Positions 19,459 through 29,366 of a DNA stretch of 64,000 nt are shown piece by piece. The number at the start of each line of letters is the position of its first letter. Position 1 is the stretch's first letter. The position numbers and the translations under genes were made by a program. The notes beneath the pieces were generated by a model that was given only the letters and a program-made list of their open reading frames with translations, did no database searches and was not told where the DNA came from. Location: the NCBI GenBank assembly GCA_028717685.1, contig JAQUNI010000004.1, positions 8,599 to 72,598 on the forward strand, read 5' to 3'. The DNA is from Patescibacteria group bacterium. Its GTDB lineage: Bacteria; Patescibacteriota; JAQUNI01.

Positions 19459-20151
19459 TTATCCCTTAAAAATTTTCAATAAATCTTTTAAAGAATAAAT
19501 CGTAAAATCAATAGTATTTTTTGGAATTTCTTCGCGCTGGTCCAAGTTATAAAATACAGTTGTCATTCCTAATTTTTTGGCAGTGGCTAAACTCCTTTCT
19601 ATATTATCGTCAATCATTGCCGATTCTTCGGGTTTGGCTTTTGCGTCGCGCAAGACAGTTTGAAAAAAAATAGGGTCGGGCTTGAATAAATTATATTCTT
19701 CCGAGATGCCTACATACTGAAAATAGGATAATAGTGCTCCTCCTGATAATTTTTCTTTTATTTCCGTTGCTTGATTGGCAATGATTCCGAGACGAAAGCG
19801 AGAAGATAATTTTTGCACCACAGGGAGGGCTTCGGGTCGGATGGGCGTAATTTGATAATATTCCATTTTCTCCTCGGCTCGCTTGGCTTTAAGCTCCTCG
19901 TAAGCTCTCTCGGCTTTCTTTTGGTTTTTTAATATTATTTGGAAAGTATTTAGGACTAAACTACCTGTTTTCCCACTTGCTTTGATACTAGCTCCGAGGA
20001 GTGCAATAGGCGTAATTTCTTGGTGATAACGTTGCAAAATCGTTAGCATATTTTTTATAAGCCAGTTCTCATAGCGAGTTTTGTCTATCAAAACACCGCC
20101 TACATCAAAGAAGAGCCAGTTTAATTTTTGTTTATTAGTTGTTTGGGGCAC
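19459..20151 (-). CDS. HAD-superfamily hydrolase
   Basis: FFDVGGVL, KPDP.FF, MIDD. Confidence 0.85.
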   Translation of the reverse strand: MPQTTNKQKLNWLFFDVGGVLIDKTRYENWLIKNMLTILQRYHQEITPIALLGASIKASGKTGSLVLNTFQIILKNQKKAERAYEELKAKRAEEKMEYYQITPIRPEALPVVQKLSSRFRLGIIANQATEIKEKLSGGALLSYFQYVGISEEYNLFKPDPIFFQTVLRDAKAKPEESAMIDDNIERSLATAKKLGMTTVFYNLDQREEIPKNTIDFTIYSLKDLLKIFKG

Positions 20152-20259
20152 GAAATTGTTAATAAAATGAGATTACAGATGGTCTATATCAGTGGTCCTG
20201 GAAAGGAACAAAAGAATAGACCCCTCCCAAACCTCCCCTTAGCAGGGGAGGAAAATAGT

Positions 20260-21342
20260 TTATGCGCCGTGTTTAATCTCAATCACATCGCCGTCTTGAA
20301 TAACATATTCTTTACCTTCGGTTCGGATTAGCCCTTTGGCGCGGGCTTCGGAAAAGCCGCCGGCGCTCACTAAATCCCGCCAATTAATCACCTCGGCGCG
20401 GATAAAGTTTTTTTCAAAGTCACTATGAATTACGCCGCCCGCTTGAGGGGCTTGAGCGCCTCGCACAGTAGTCCAAGCGCGCGTCTCATCTTCTCCGGTT
20501 GTCAGAAAGGTAATGAGATTTAAAAGCACGTAGGCTTTTTTGATTAAAATATCCATCTCCGATTCCTTGGGCAGTCCTAAAGCGGCGCGTTCCTCCGCGC
20601 TTAAATCCCCTGCTTCAAATTCATTTTTAATATTCATAATAAGATAAGGCCAGTTTTTCTCTTTAAACTTTTTTAATATTTCTAATGACACTTCTTTTGC
20701 TTCGCCGTTCAAAAGATACAGCCTGGGTTTCAGCGTCAGGAGCTGATATTCTTGGATGAAAGGTAATTCTTCCGGAGCAAAGCTTTGTTCGGTTAAGATT
20801 TTGCCCTGCTCAAGGAGATTTTTTATTTTTTGAAAAAAAATGTGTTTATTGACCGCCTCTTTACTTCCGGTTTTCGCTTCCCTGTCCGCTCTTTGTATAA
20901 TTTTATTTACTGTGTCTAAATCTTTTAAAATTAGCTCTAAATCTAGAATCTCCTTTTCTTTAATAGGGTCAATAATATTTTGCGTGTTTGCGACGTTTTC
21001 ATTCTTAAAAGCGCGCAGGATATAAATAATGGCGTCCACTTCGCGGATATGGGCTAAAAATTGATTGCCTAAACCTTCGCCTTTATGCGCGCCAGCGACT
21101 AAGCCGGCAATATCCACAAATTCAATTGTGGTATATATTTTTTTGGCGGAATGGGTAAGGTTGGCGAGTTTGTCTACCCGTTCATCGGGTACCACAACCA
21201 CGCCCACATTGGGATCAATGGTGCAGAAAGGGTAGTTCGCCCGATCTACTTCTTTTTTAGTTAAGGTTTGAAATAAAGTTGATTTGCCGACATTGGGCAA
21301 GCCAACAATGCCGATGGACAAAGACAATTTTATTATTGTCAT
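20260..21342 (-). CDS. ychF: ribosome-binding ATPase YchF
   Basis: GIVGLPNVGKST, NYPFCTIDPN, DIAGLV, AGGVIHSDF. Confidence 0.96.
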   Translation of the reverse strand: MTIIKLSLSIGIVGLPNVGKSTLFQTLTKKEVDRANYPFCTIDPNVGVVVVPDERVDKLANLTHSAKKIYTTIEFVDIAGLVAGAHKGEGLGNQFLAHIREVDAIIYILRAFKNENVANTQNIIDPIKEKEILDLELILKDLDTVNKIIQRADREAKTGSKEAVNKHIFFQKIKNLLEQGKILTEQSFAPEELPFIQEYQLLTLKPRLYLLNGEAKEVSLEILKKFKEKNWPYLIMNIKNEFEAGDLSAEERAALGLPKESEMDILIKKAYVLLNLITFLTTGEDETRAWTTVRGAQAPQAGGVIHSDFEKNFIRAEVINWRDLVSAGGFSEARAKGLIRTEGKEYVIQDGDVIEIKHGA

Positions 21343-21473
21343 TCCCGCCCCGTAATAAATATGGGATAAACTCCAGCGGGAATCCAGGATTAGTGCTATT
21401 AACCTGGATCCCCGAGCCTACTTCGCCGAAGCAGGGCTTCTGGCTGCGAAGGCTGAATCGGGTCGGGGATGAC
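21338..21473. repeat. GTCATTCCCG...GGGAATCCAGG / CCTGGATCCCC...GGGGATGAC REP-like dimer with nested modules
   Basis: inverted GTCAT/ATGAC termini and paired internal arms. Confidence 0.75.
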
Positions 21474-21487
21474 AGAAGGTAAATATT

Positions 21488-21516
21488 TTGACAGTTATCT
21501 ACTTTTAAAGTACATT
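21488..21516 (+). promoter_or_regulatory. sigma70 promoter
   Basis: TTGACA-17 nt-TACATT; SD GAGGAGG before ATG 21585. Confidence 0.65.
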
Positions 21517-21584
21517 AAAATGATCGTTTTGGCTAGGTTCTTTAGATAATAAGTGGTCTCAATCTATTGTGAGGAGGTATTACA

Positions 21585-22955
21585 ATGGTTTTTAAAAGCG
21601 CGGTAACAATGGTGCTTGGAATGAGTGACGGTGGAACAATTTACAGGTTCGCGCCAGATGGGGTAAGACAACTGGCAAAAGCGGACATAAAGTGGGATTA
21701 TGATTCATATGGCAGATATTGGAGTAAACCTTGGCTTTTGAGTTTTTGCAATTTAGCTGCAAGTTATCAGGGTACAGATGGTTGTCTTGTTTCGGGGGTG
21801 CCGGGGGCAGATTTGGCAGTATGCCGTAGTGAAAGCGAAGAATGGAATCCAAGAATTCCGATGGTGTATGAATTCTTGAATTATACTTCAGTACCAGAGA
21901 AATCACTAAAAGAAATTCAAGATATTATACCGCCGCGTGAAATATACCTTGCGACAGGAGTGCATGTTGAAACTTTCCAACCCTGGGCACAAATTCAATA
22001 TATGTTGGATATGGGCTGGGATTTTGAGAGTGACCATATTGAGAGCATTGTGCCTTTGAGTGATTTGATCTCATCTTATTTAACAAATGGCGGGGCAATG
22101 ATGGGTGGTCCAAGTATGTATAAGTCTCAAGGTTTATTAGTCCACAGCATATTAGAGAGACTTTTCCCGAATTTTCACCAAAAAATCGCGCATTGGCCGC
22201 CGTGGGAATTAGGACAAAATTTTGCCGGTGTTTATCCTGGCGATCATGATTCAATCCTCTCCAGGTTGATTGGATTCCTTCTTTCGCCTTGGGTGTTATG
22301 GACCGGATCCTGGGTTGGCGTGGCGCGGTTTATGCAAGGACTTTTGGCAAAGCCGAGCAAGACAACTTTTGACGCGGGAATTGCTTTTGAAGGCGCGGGC
22401 TGGACCGAGGCAGCAATTACCAATACTGGTATGTATGGCATAATCTATAAGGAATTGTTAAGGCGAGCAGGTCTGAAATACTCTGAAGTACAAAATATTG
22501 TATCACAGAGAATTTGGGAAGAAGATAGCCGTATTCTTGATTTGAAAGGACTACCGAATAAAGCTGAAGAAGCGGTGGATTGGTTGGTAAAAAAATGCGC
22601 GGCAGGACTCAAGTCAAATTTAAGCGAAGATGATAAAAAAATAATTTCTCTACGTGTGGCTATCTTTAGTTTCATTAAATCAGTTGCTAAAGCCTGCGCG
22701 AATGATTTAAAGAATGTTGCCTACGCTCTTGGTTTGGATATGCCGACAAAAGTCGCTATTACCGGCGGTTGGGCGGAAAATGAATTCTTCAAGTTAGCCC
22801 TTGGTGAGTTGGGGATTGAAGTAATTGTTCCCTATTTCGCGCATAATGCGACGCACGCGGGGCTCGCGGCGTTCGGATTATCCGAAGGCAAGGGATTTCC
22901 GCAGTTCTGTGAAGCTGTGGAAATGATTGAATCTTGGGCAAGAAAATCTAAATAG
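21585..22955 (+). CDS. divergent FGGY carbohydrate kinase (rhamnulokinase-like)
   Basis: GDHDS, TGSW, ITGGWAEN, NATHAG resemble RhaB HDT, SGTW, VGGG and EATA motifs; N-terminal Asp motif degenerate. Confidence 0.6.
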   Translation: MVFKSAVTMVLGMSDGGTIYRFAPDGVRQLAKADIKWDYDSYGRYWSKPWLLSFCNLAASYQGTDGCLVSGVPGADLAVCRSESEEWNPRIPMVYEFLNYTSVPEKSLKEIQDIIPPREIYLATGVHVETFQPWAQIQYMLDMGWDFESDHIESIVPLSDLISSYLTNGGAMMGGPSMYKSQGLLVHSILERLFPNFHQKIAHWPPWELGQNFAGVYPGDHDSILSRLIGFLLSPWVLWTGSWVGVARFMQGLLAKPSKTTFDAGIAFEGAGWTEAAITNTGMYGIIYKELLRRAGLKYSEVQNIVSQRIWEEDSRILDLKGLPNKAEEAVDWLVKKCAAGLKSNLSEDDKKIISLRVAIFSFIKSVAKACANDLKNVAYALGLDMPTKVAITGGWAENEFFKLALGELGIEVIVPYFAHNATHAGLAAFGLSEGKGFPQFCEAVEMIESWARKSK

Positions 22956-23012
22956 TTTTTTCCAAGATTGCTTTCTAATTTTTTAGAAAGCTTTTTTAAT
23001 AGTAAATAATCT

Positions 23013-23041
23013 TTGACAAAAGTCGCTAAGGTTTTTATACT
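23013..23041 (+). promoter_or_regulatory. sigma70 promoter
   Basis: TTGACA-17 nt-TATACT; SD GGGAGG before ATG 23125. Confidence 0.7.
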
Positions 23042-23124
23042 GATTAGATTGGCGCGGTTGATATTTTGTGTTGATTAGTTGGTTCTTTATGTCGGGTATT
23101 TGAACAATAGGGAGGTAAAAGTTA

Positions 23125-24522
23125 ATGAATAAAGAAATTAAGTGGATTGGTTGGGATTTGAGCACAACAGCTTTGACTGCCGTTGGCAGGACGGAGAAGG
23201 GAGGAGAGGTTTTTGCTTCCGTGCCCACGGAAGGAAAGACAGATCTGCTGGGTCAACCGGCGCATAATTTAAATCTAGTTCCTTGGATGATGGACACAGT
23301 TTTAGAAAAGATTGAGGCGCAAGGATTCACCTTCACTAAGAAAGGGGCTACTTGTTTTTCCGTGCGCCAGCATGATCTTGTTTTGTTGGGTTGTAATAAT
23401 GAACCCATTGTTGATGCGTTAAGTTGGGAATTTGAACTTGATCCAAAGGCGGGGGTAGAAGAGTTACAGAGTTTTAGAGAAAGAGGCTACGAAAAAATAG
23501 TGGGTCCGACGAACAAGCGTTTTATCGCTGTTAAACTAAAATGGCTTATTAATAGTATACCTGATATAGCGCCGTTGATTCGGCAAGTAATGACCACGGG
23601 CGACGCCATTGGTTATTGGCTGACGGGAAATGCGCGTATCGGCACTTCCGATGGGATGAGCAACGCTATATTGGACAAGAATAAGAAACTGGCTCTGAAA
23701 GTTTTGCGAGGGCTTGGGTTTGAGACCTCTTGGTTTCCGGCACCGATTCAAAGCGGTATGTCCGTAGGAATTATTCAAGATCCTGGCAAAGGCGATGACT
23801 GGGATCCGATTAAAGAGCGCCTTGCCGGCTGGGATTACCGCGCGGGCTTAGGTGATAATGACGCCGGAGCAAGAGGTGCGGGTTTAGATGACTTTGTGAC
23901 CATTATAATGTCCTTTGGCAGCAGCGGGACAGTAACAAGAATTGCTCGGACTCTTGCCGCTCTAGCTGGAAATGCTCTCACCTTTGAGTATTTTCACCAT
24001 CGCCTTTTGCTTAATATGCTGGAGCATTGCGCGAATTGGTATAATAAATTCATACGCGACAACTCGGAAGCAAGCAAGTTGAGTTATGCAGAATTAAATA
24101 ATCTGGCGCAAAATGTTTCTTATGTTCATATAAGAGTCATCAAGCCAAATGAATATCCCGATGATTGGAATGATCGGACGCTTAACGAACAGATAGCTAC
24201 TATCCAGAAATCGATCGCTTTTAGGATGGTAGAAATGGTAGGGGGTATGCTCAAGGAAGTTAATGATCCCCAAGCGCCCAAGATTGAACGAGTGATACTG
24301 ACTGGCGGCTTGAAACAGTCGCCACTGATACAAATAACAATAAGGCACTTCCTTGAATTTTTTGGGTCATTTAAGATCTTTGTTAGCGCTTTGGAAGAGC
24401 CGTTCGCGAGCCAAAGCGCGGCGCGCGGCGCGCTCATTACAGCAATGATGCCCAGCTGGGATTTTGACGCTTACGCACGTCTTGCGAAAGAAATATGTCC
24501 TTTAAAGCCATTAGAGATTTAA
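23125..24522 (+). CDS. FGGY carbohydrate kinase (xylulokinase-like)
   Basis: IGWDLSTT, QH, KLKWL, LTG, GLGDN, SFGSSG, LTGG, AARGA. Confidence 0.78.
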   Translation: MNKEIKWIGWDLSTTALTAVGRTEKGGEVFASVPTEGKTDLLGQPAHNLNLVPWMMDTVLEKIEAQGFTFTKKGATCFSVRQHDLVLLGCNNEPIVDALSWEFELDPKAGVEELQSFRERGYEKIVGPTNKRFIAVKLKWLINSIPDIAPLIRQVMTTGDAIGYWLTGNARIGTSDGMSNAILDKNKKLALKVLRGLGFETSWFPAPIQSGMSVGIIQDPGKGDDWDPIKERLAGWDYRAGLGDNDAGARGAGLDDFVTIIMSFGSSGTVTRIARTLAALAGNALTFEYFHHRLLLNMLEHCANWYNKFIRDNSEASKLSYAELNNLAQNVSYVHIRVIKPNEYPDDWNDRTLNEQIATIQKSIAFRMVEMVGGMLKEVNDPQAPKIERVILTGGLKQSPLIQITIRHFLEFFGSFKIFVSALEEPFASQSAARGALITAMMPSWDFDAYARLAKEICPLKPLEI

Positions 24523-24530
24523 ATTTATTT

Positions 24531-24562
24531 AGCTTTCTGCGAAATTTACAGAAAGCTTTTTT
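24531..24562 (+). terminator. intrinsic terminator
   Basis: AGCTTTCTG...CAGAAAGC followed by TTTTTT. Confidence 0.7.
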
Positions 24563-24674
24563 ATTTCACCTTGAATTACGAAATGCATTGTCTATTAGCG
24601 AGGGATCTGACTAAAAAAGCCCTCCTCACTAATAGATGAAAAGGGATTTTTATAATTCAAGTAAGTTAGAATAT

Positions 24675-25037
24675 TTAACAGGTCGTATGAATTAAAGCAT
24701 TTACCTTCCTGCCTTCTTTTGTTTTTTGTTCGTAAATTTGGATAATTTCAGATGTGGTGGCGGAAATTACCTCAATTTGATGTTGCCTAAAGTAATCCAC
24801 TAATTCTTTTTTCACTTTCATTACCCCGCTTTGCCCTGTGCCAATTAAAATTATTTCAGGATTGCCCTTGAGAAGCCTTTTTCTTTCCCAATCGCCAATT
24901 TCGTGGGTTGTGCCAAATAATGTTTCAAGCTGGTCCACTTGTCGCTCTTCTACTTCATTCCCAATAATCAAAACCTGATAGTATTTTTTGCCATCAATTA
25001 CTATTTCGCCAAATTTTGTGGAATTAATGTAAGGCAT
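24675..25037 (-). CDS. Mth938-like domain protein
   Basis: FG.I.IDG, PEIILIGTG, ALIHTTC. Confidence 0.85.
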   Translation of the reverse strand: MPYINSTKFGEIVIDGKKYYQVLIIGNEVEERQVDQLETLFGTTHEIGDWERKRLLKGNPEIILIGTGQSGVMKVKKELVDYFRQHQIEVISATTSEIIQIYEQKTKEGRKVNALIHTTC

Positions 25038-25050
25038 AGGTTTCCTATTC

Positions 25051-25092
25051 TGGCTCCATAAGCCTCTCATTTCGCTCGGGGACTATGGAGCC
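25051..25092. repeat. GGCTCCAYAG...CTATGGAGCC palindromic repeat family
   Basis: further copies at 26576-26606, 26657-26697, 51740-51778. Confidence 0.75.
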
Positions 25093-25115
25093 AACAAATG
25101 ACGAGGTGAATATAA

Positions 25116-25904
25116 CTATTTATCTTTTAGTTCTTCCTTGAGGATTTTATAAAATTTTTCTTTTGCATTTTTTTCTAGCCAAGGGTGATGTCCGCATTTT
25201 TTTAGCAGGATAAATTTAAAATTTTTTAAAGTTCGTGATAATGGTTCTTTTACTCCTTGATACGGATGCGGATCATAATCGCCGTGAATTGCCACCACTT
25301 GACACTTAATTTGCCTTCCTAATTCTAAAAGCTTTCCATTTTTTCTGAATTTTGCCGCTTCTTCCCAGACATTTTGATAAATATCAAATTGAACTTTAAT
25401 AATTTCAGACTTGTTATTAATGGGATTATATGAGTCGGTCTTGTTAAATAATTTTCCAAATTGAGCAAAAATAGCATCTTTGTTTTTTATGCCCGGATCA
25501 TTAAGGGAATTTTCTAAAATTCGCAATTGCGCTTTTGCCTTCTTATTTAATCGCCTTAAGCGAGTTTCTGCAACTTGCTTCGCGTAATTTTCTTCAAATG
25601 GCCCGCTGCTCACCAGTATAAGTTTTTCTACCCATTCAGGATATTTAGCAGTAAATATATAGCTAAGCCAAGCGCCCCAAGACCAACCGACTAATTTGAT
25701 TGGCGAAGTTTTGTTTTGTTCCAATATTTCCCCTAATTCTTTTACCTGACCATCAATGGAGTTTTTCGTTTGAAACGGCTCCAACACGCCATGGTTTTTA
25801 GAAAGCTCTCTTGCTACAGGCGCCATTTCTCCGGGGGCGCCGGGACCGCCGTGAATGATTGCTATATTGAAAGGCGCGTTCCCGTATTTTTTGAGTTGTT
25901 TCAT
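25116..25904 (-). CDS. alpha/beta hydrolase
   Basis: HGGPG, GWSWG nucleophile elbow, HGDYD, CGHHPW. Confidence 0.9.
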   Translation of the reverse strand: MKQLKKYGNAPFNIAIIHGGPGAPGEMAPVARELSKNHGVLEPFQTKNSIDGQVKELGEILEQNKTSPIKLVGWSWGAWLSYIFTAKYPEWVEKLILVSSGPFEENYAKQVAETRLRRLNKKAKAQLRILENSLNDPGIKNKDAIFAQFGKLFNKTDSYNPINNKSEIIKVQFDIYQNVWEEAAKFRKNGKLLELGRQIKCQVVAIHGDYDPHPYQGVKEPLSRTLKNFKFILLKKCGHHPWLEKNAKEKFYKILKEELKDK

Positions 25905-25934
25905 GGTTTTATTTTTTACCTTTTTTAAAGAATT

Positions 25935-26546
25935 TCATTCTCTTCTTTTCGATGTCCAGAGATTTTGCCACCAACTGCTCGGGCGCTCCCTTTTCGCTTC
26001 CTTGGCAATTTGTTTGGCAAGTTTTGTATTCATTAGTTTTTCTTGTTGGCTGACCATATTTTTGCCTTGGTGACTTTCTTTTAGCCAAGATTGGGCTTCT
26101 TTATTTCCCTGCCAAGCGTATTCTCTTAAAAGAAAAATCTGGTCTAACAGATCCGCGTCTTTAGCAATTTTAGCTTCTAAGGTTTTTCTTTCCTGATATT
26201 CGTTGGAGATTTTGATTAACTCTTTACTGTGCGGCAGGTCTTTTAGTTGTTCCTCCCTAATTTCATTCTCAAAGATTTTGACATATCTTTTGCTGACCCA
26301 ATGGTGATCCATTGAACGCGACTCTTCCAAATCGTGAAGGAGACACATTTTGATTATCTTGTCCGTATCGGCTTTTAATTCGCGAGCGAGAAAATAACTT
26401 AAAAGCGTGACACGAAAGGAGTGGGAGGCGATATTGTCGGTTAAATCATAAGTCAGGAGCATTTGCTGATGCGCCCTTAAGACCTTTCTTAAACTGCCAA
26501 TTTCAAAGAAAAAGGCGGTTAGTTTTTTAATTTGGGCTGGTTTCAT
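25935..26546 (-). CDS. HD-domain 5'-deoxynucleotidase-like protein (YfbR/HDDC2)
   Basis: ASHSFRV, LLHDLEE, KDADLLD. Confidence 0.85.
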   Translation of the reverse strand: MKPAQIKKLTAFFFEIGSLRKVLRAHQQMLLTYDLTDNIASHSFRVTLLSYFLARELKADTDKIIKMCLLHDLEESRSMDHHWVSKRYVKIFENEIREEQLKDLPHSKELIKISNEYQERKTLEAKIAKDADLLDQIFLLREYAWQGNKEAQSWLKESHQGKNMVSQQEKLMNTKLAKQIAKEAKRERPSSWWQNLWTSKRRE

Positions 26547-26701
26547 ATTTCTAACATAAGATATATTGTTTGTTGGCTCCATAGTGGCGTTAGCCCTATG
26601 GAGCCAGGATGCAAGCCGTGAAAGTATGATCAGACTTTAATAACGTTTTGCATTGCGGCTCCACAGCCCTCATTTTGAGTTCGGGACTATGGAGCCAACA
26701 G

Positions 26702-26845
26702 CTCCCACCCCCTCCATCTCCCCCTCGGGCAGGGGGAGAGCCGCTCCCACCCCCTCTTGTCTCCCCCTTCCTCCTTCGTTTTACTTCCGGCGTAGCGGGT
26801 CCGCTACGCCAGAGCGTCAGCGAGGCGAGCAGGGGGAGTGTAATT
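26702..26845. repeat. REP-like family A doublet with a nested insertion
   Basis: second unit interrupted by a GGCGTAGCGG..CCGCTACGCC hairpin module. Confidence 0.8.
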
Positions 26846-27902
26846 AAGTTTCCCGCACTTTTTGCCATTCTGCTTCAATTTCATCGGATGTTAACATGCC
26901 GCTTAAAATTTTAGAAAAAATTTCCTTTTTTGTTTCAGGGGGCCAAAGCTTATCAGGACCGCCGGGATTTTTGGCACTTTTCCAGATATTATATCCGTTC
27001 ATAAATTTATTAATAGGGATACTGACTAAAACAATATCTTCAATCATATTTTCCTTGCCCTGATCCTGCAGGCGTTTCTTAGCCTTCGCGACTTGTTTTT
27101 CTTTATCATAAATTTTAAGGGGATCTTTGATGGTGGTAAATTGAATGCCAATATCTTTTTTTTCTTTTTCCGCCCGAATACCAACACCGCGATAATGCTG
27201 GCGGCGGTGAATAATGAAATCTATTTTTTCGTTTACGTCCTGCGCCACGTCCGCCGGAATTATTTTAAATGAGACATCATAATCCAGAGAGATTTTTTTA
27301 AGAAAATTTTCAACCATTTTTTCCGCGATTAATCCAGGATGTCCTTCCCTATTCTGATTGTCTTTGAAAATTCTTTTGTAGGTGTCTTGCTTGAATGAGT
27401 CCAGTTTGGGGTTTACTCCTTCCGCAATAATAATTTGGTAATCATATAGAGCGCGGAGTTCATTTTCCGCCTGTTCAATTAGATATCTTTTGCGAATATT
27501 GCGCGGAACCGTTTTGGGATCCAGGGCGTAGATAATATCCCAAGAATCATCGGTGAGAATTTCGCCTAAAGTTATTTCCATTTCTTTTCCCTCATTGCGC
27601 TGCCAAAAAAGTTTTTCATCCTTTTGAACCACAAAACGACCCCTTCTTTTTTTTATTTCGGGATTTTTTTCTTCGGGTGCCTCATCCAGAGCGGCAAGTT
27701 CACGATGCAATCTTTTCATAATTCTTTGTTTTTCCACTTGAAGATGATAGATTGTTTTTGAAATATCTTTAATTTCATCAATTTCTTTTTCGGGAGGGCG
27801 TTGGAAAAATGGTTCATCAAGCAATAAAGCGGGCATTTCTTTGAGTTTTTCCTTGGCGGATTCGTTATATAGGCTTATATCTTCTTCAAAATTTTCGCGC
27901 AT
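26844..27902 (-). CDS. hypothetical protein, possible PD-(D/E)xK-fold nuclease
   Basis: G.IAEKMV...D...KIDFII...IGIQFT pattern in the C-terminal half. Confidence 0.55.
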   Translation of the reverse strand: MRENFEEDISLYNESAKEKLKEMPALLLDEPFFQRPPEKEIDEIKDISKTIYHLQVEKQRIMKRLHRELAALDEAPEEKNPEIKKRRGRFVVQKDEKLFWQRNEGKEMEITLGEILTDDSWDIIYALDPKTVPRNIRKRYLIEQAENELRALYDYQIIIAEGVNPKLDSFKQDTYKRIFKDNQNREGHPGLIAEKMVENFLKKISLDYDVSFKIIPADVAQDVNEKIDFIIHRRQHYRGVGIRAEKEKKDIGIQFTTIKDPLKIYDKEKQVAKAKKRLQDQGKENMIEDIVLVSIPINKFMNGYNIWKSAKNPGGPDKLWPPETKKEIFSKILSGMLTSDEIEAEWQKVRET

Positions 27903-28027
27903 ATGATTAAGGATAATAAGTGATAGCTTCTTCTTTATTTTAACTAAAAAGGCATCTTAAAGCAAACAAACAAAAAAAGCGGTAATGGTGCTGTGCCGTT
28001 TTTACCGCTTGGAATTAAGAAATAAAT

Positions 28028-29086
28028 TTAGGTTAACGCGCCAATATGCTCTCCTCTAAACTCTTTCCGCATCTTCTCGCTTCGCGTCTTTAGCTCTTTT
28101 ATGTTTTCTTTGGTGACGGCGGTGATTACTCCGCCGAAGATATTTTGCGGGGTGTTATAATGACAGTTTAAAGTGATGTCCCTTCCGTGTTCCGCAAAAT
28201 TCCTGGCTACTTGCAGAATAGCAGTGGCGGATTTTCCAATGAACATCAGGTCAGAAAGATCGCACACCCGCCCTTTGCCATTAAACGCCATTGTAAGACC
28301 TACTTTCTTTAACCACCGCATCACTCCTTCGTCAGTGATGCTGTCCCCGACATACATTACTTTTGCCTTCAGAAATTTCTTTTGTTGCCTAATCTCTTTT
28401 GCTGCTTCTATTTTTTGGGCTTGACCTATCGGACGCACGGTTCGCAATAGATTGCCTAGCGGCATATTATAGATTGTTTCCCAGACGAACTTCGTAATCG
28501 TATCGTAGCACTTTTGGTGATCGGGCGCGATTTCGCCGGTCTTATGATCATATTCAATTATTGGCGCCAGCGTGGCAGTATGTTCCATAAAGCGCAGGAG
28601 TAATGCGTGTTGTTCTTTTGTAATCAGGGTTTGTTCGTAATTTTCTACCCGAGTGCAATACGTATGATCAAATGGGAAGTCTACATAATCGCAGTATGCC
28701 TGGATAAACCAGTCATAACTTGTAGAAATCATCCAAACTTCATAGTGCCTCTGAAGAGCCGCGAGAACTTCTTTGATGTCTGGCACGACCCTTAAATTTT
28801 CCCGCGCAATCTGACACAGTTCTTTCTCTGTTGCCGCCATCGCTACAAAGAATGGCAGCATTACTTTCAGAGTGTGTCCGGGAGAGTATGATGGATCACA
28901 AGGGATTTTATGAAAAACGCCCCAGATGTCATCAATATTGCTGATTCGCTTGTAGAATTCTCTGCCGATTTCTTCGCCTAGACCGCAGAGTTTTGCCAGC
29001 TTTATTGTAGTTTCAAACGCAATGTCGCCTAAAGTTTGAGGACCTTCCACATCCAAGATAACTAAGATTTCACTATCATTTTTCAT
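28028..29086 (-). CDS. HAD-like hydrolase, EhaR (COG4030)-like
   Basis: DVEGP, ISNIDD, GHTLK..LPF, ISTSY, YVGDSITD, FNG; SD AAAGGAG before MKND. Confidence 0.75.
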   Translation of the reverse strand: MKNDSEILVILDVEGPQTLGDIAFETTIKLAKLCGLGEEIGREFYKRISNIDDIWGVFHKIPCDPSYSPGHTLKVMLPFFVAMAATEKELCQIARENLRVVPDIKEVLAALQRHYEVWMISTSYDWFIQAYCDYVDFPFDHTYCTRVENYEQTLITKEQHALLLRFMEHTATLAPIIEYDHKTGEIAPDHQKCYDTITKFVWETIYNMPLGNLLRTVRPIGQAQKIEAAKEIRQQKKFLKAKVMYVGDSITDEGVMRWLKKVGLTMAFNGKGRVCDLSDLMFIGKSATAILQVARNFAEHGRDITLNCHYNTPQNIFGGVITAVTKENIKELKTRSEKMRKEFRGEHIGALT

Positions 29087-29108
29087 ATTCTGTCTCCTTT
29101 TTTTGTGT

Positions 29109-29321
29109 TCAAACCTCTTTGAGTTCATCCTTAATTTTTTGAGCCAAGGATGGACGATAATGACTTAAAAGTTTAAAAAGGGCTTCCTCCATCTCTTTTG
29201 TTACCCCTTTGGCTAAGTTGTAGAACTCAATTTTCGCAGCATCATTTGTCCACTGAACGTCCTGAAGTTTCTTTCTGAATGCTTCAATAACAGAACTATC
29301 AATATTACACATTAAAATCAC
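29109..29321 (-). CDS. hypothetical protein
   Basis: 70 aa helical ORF positioned within the operon; GAGGTG SD-like site. Confidence 0.55.
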   Translation of the reverse strand: MILMCNIDSSVIEAFRKKLQDVQWTNDAAKIEFYNLAKGVTKEMEEALFKLLSHYRPSLAQKIKDELKEV

Positions 29322-29366
29322 CTCTTCGCAATAGTTGTTTTAAAAATACCTTAAGGCAAAATTCGT

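Noticed and set aside
26596-26914. Short ORFs over repeat clusters (also 43008-43385, 46893-47220, 57796-58321)
   Set aside because: Translations of GC-rich palindromes or tRNA antisense; no protein motifs.
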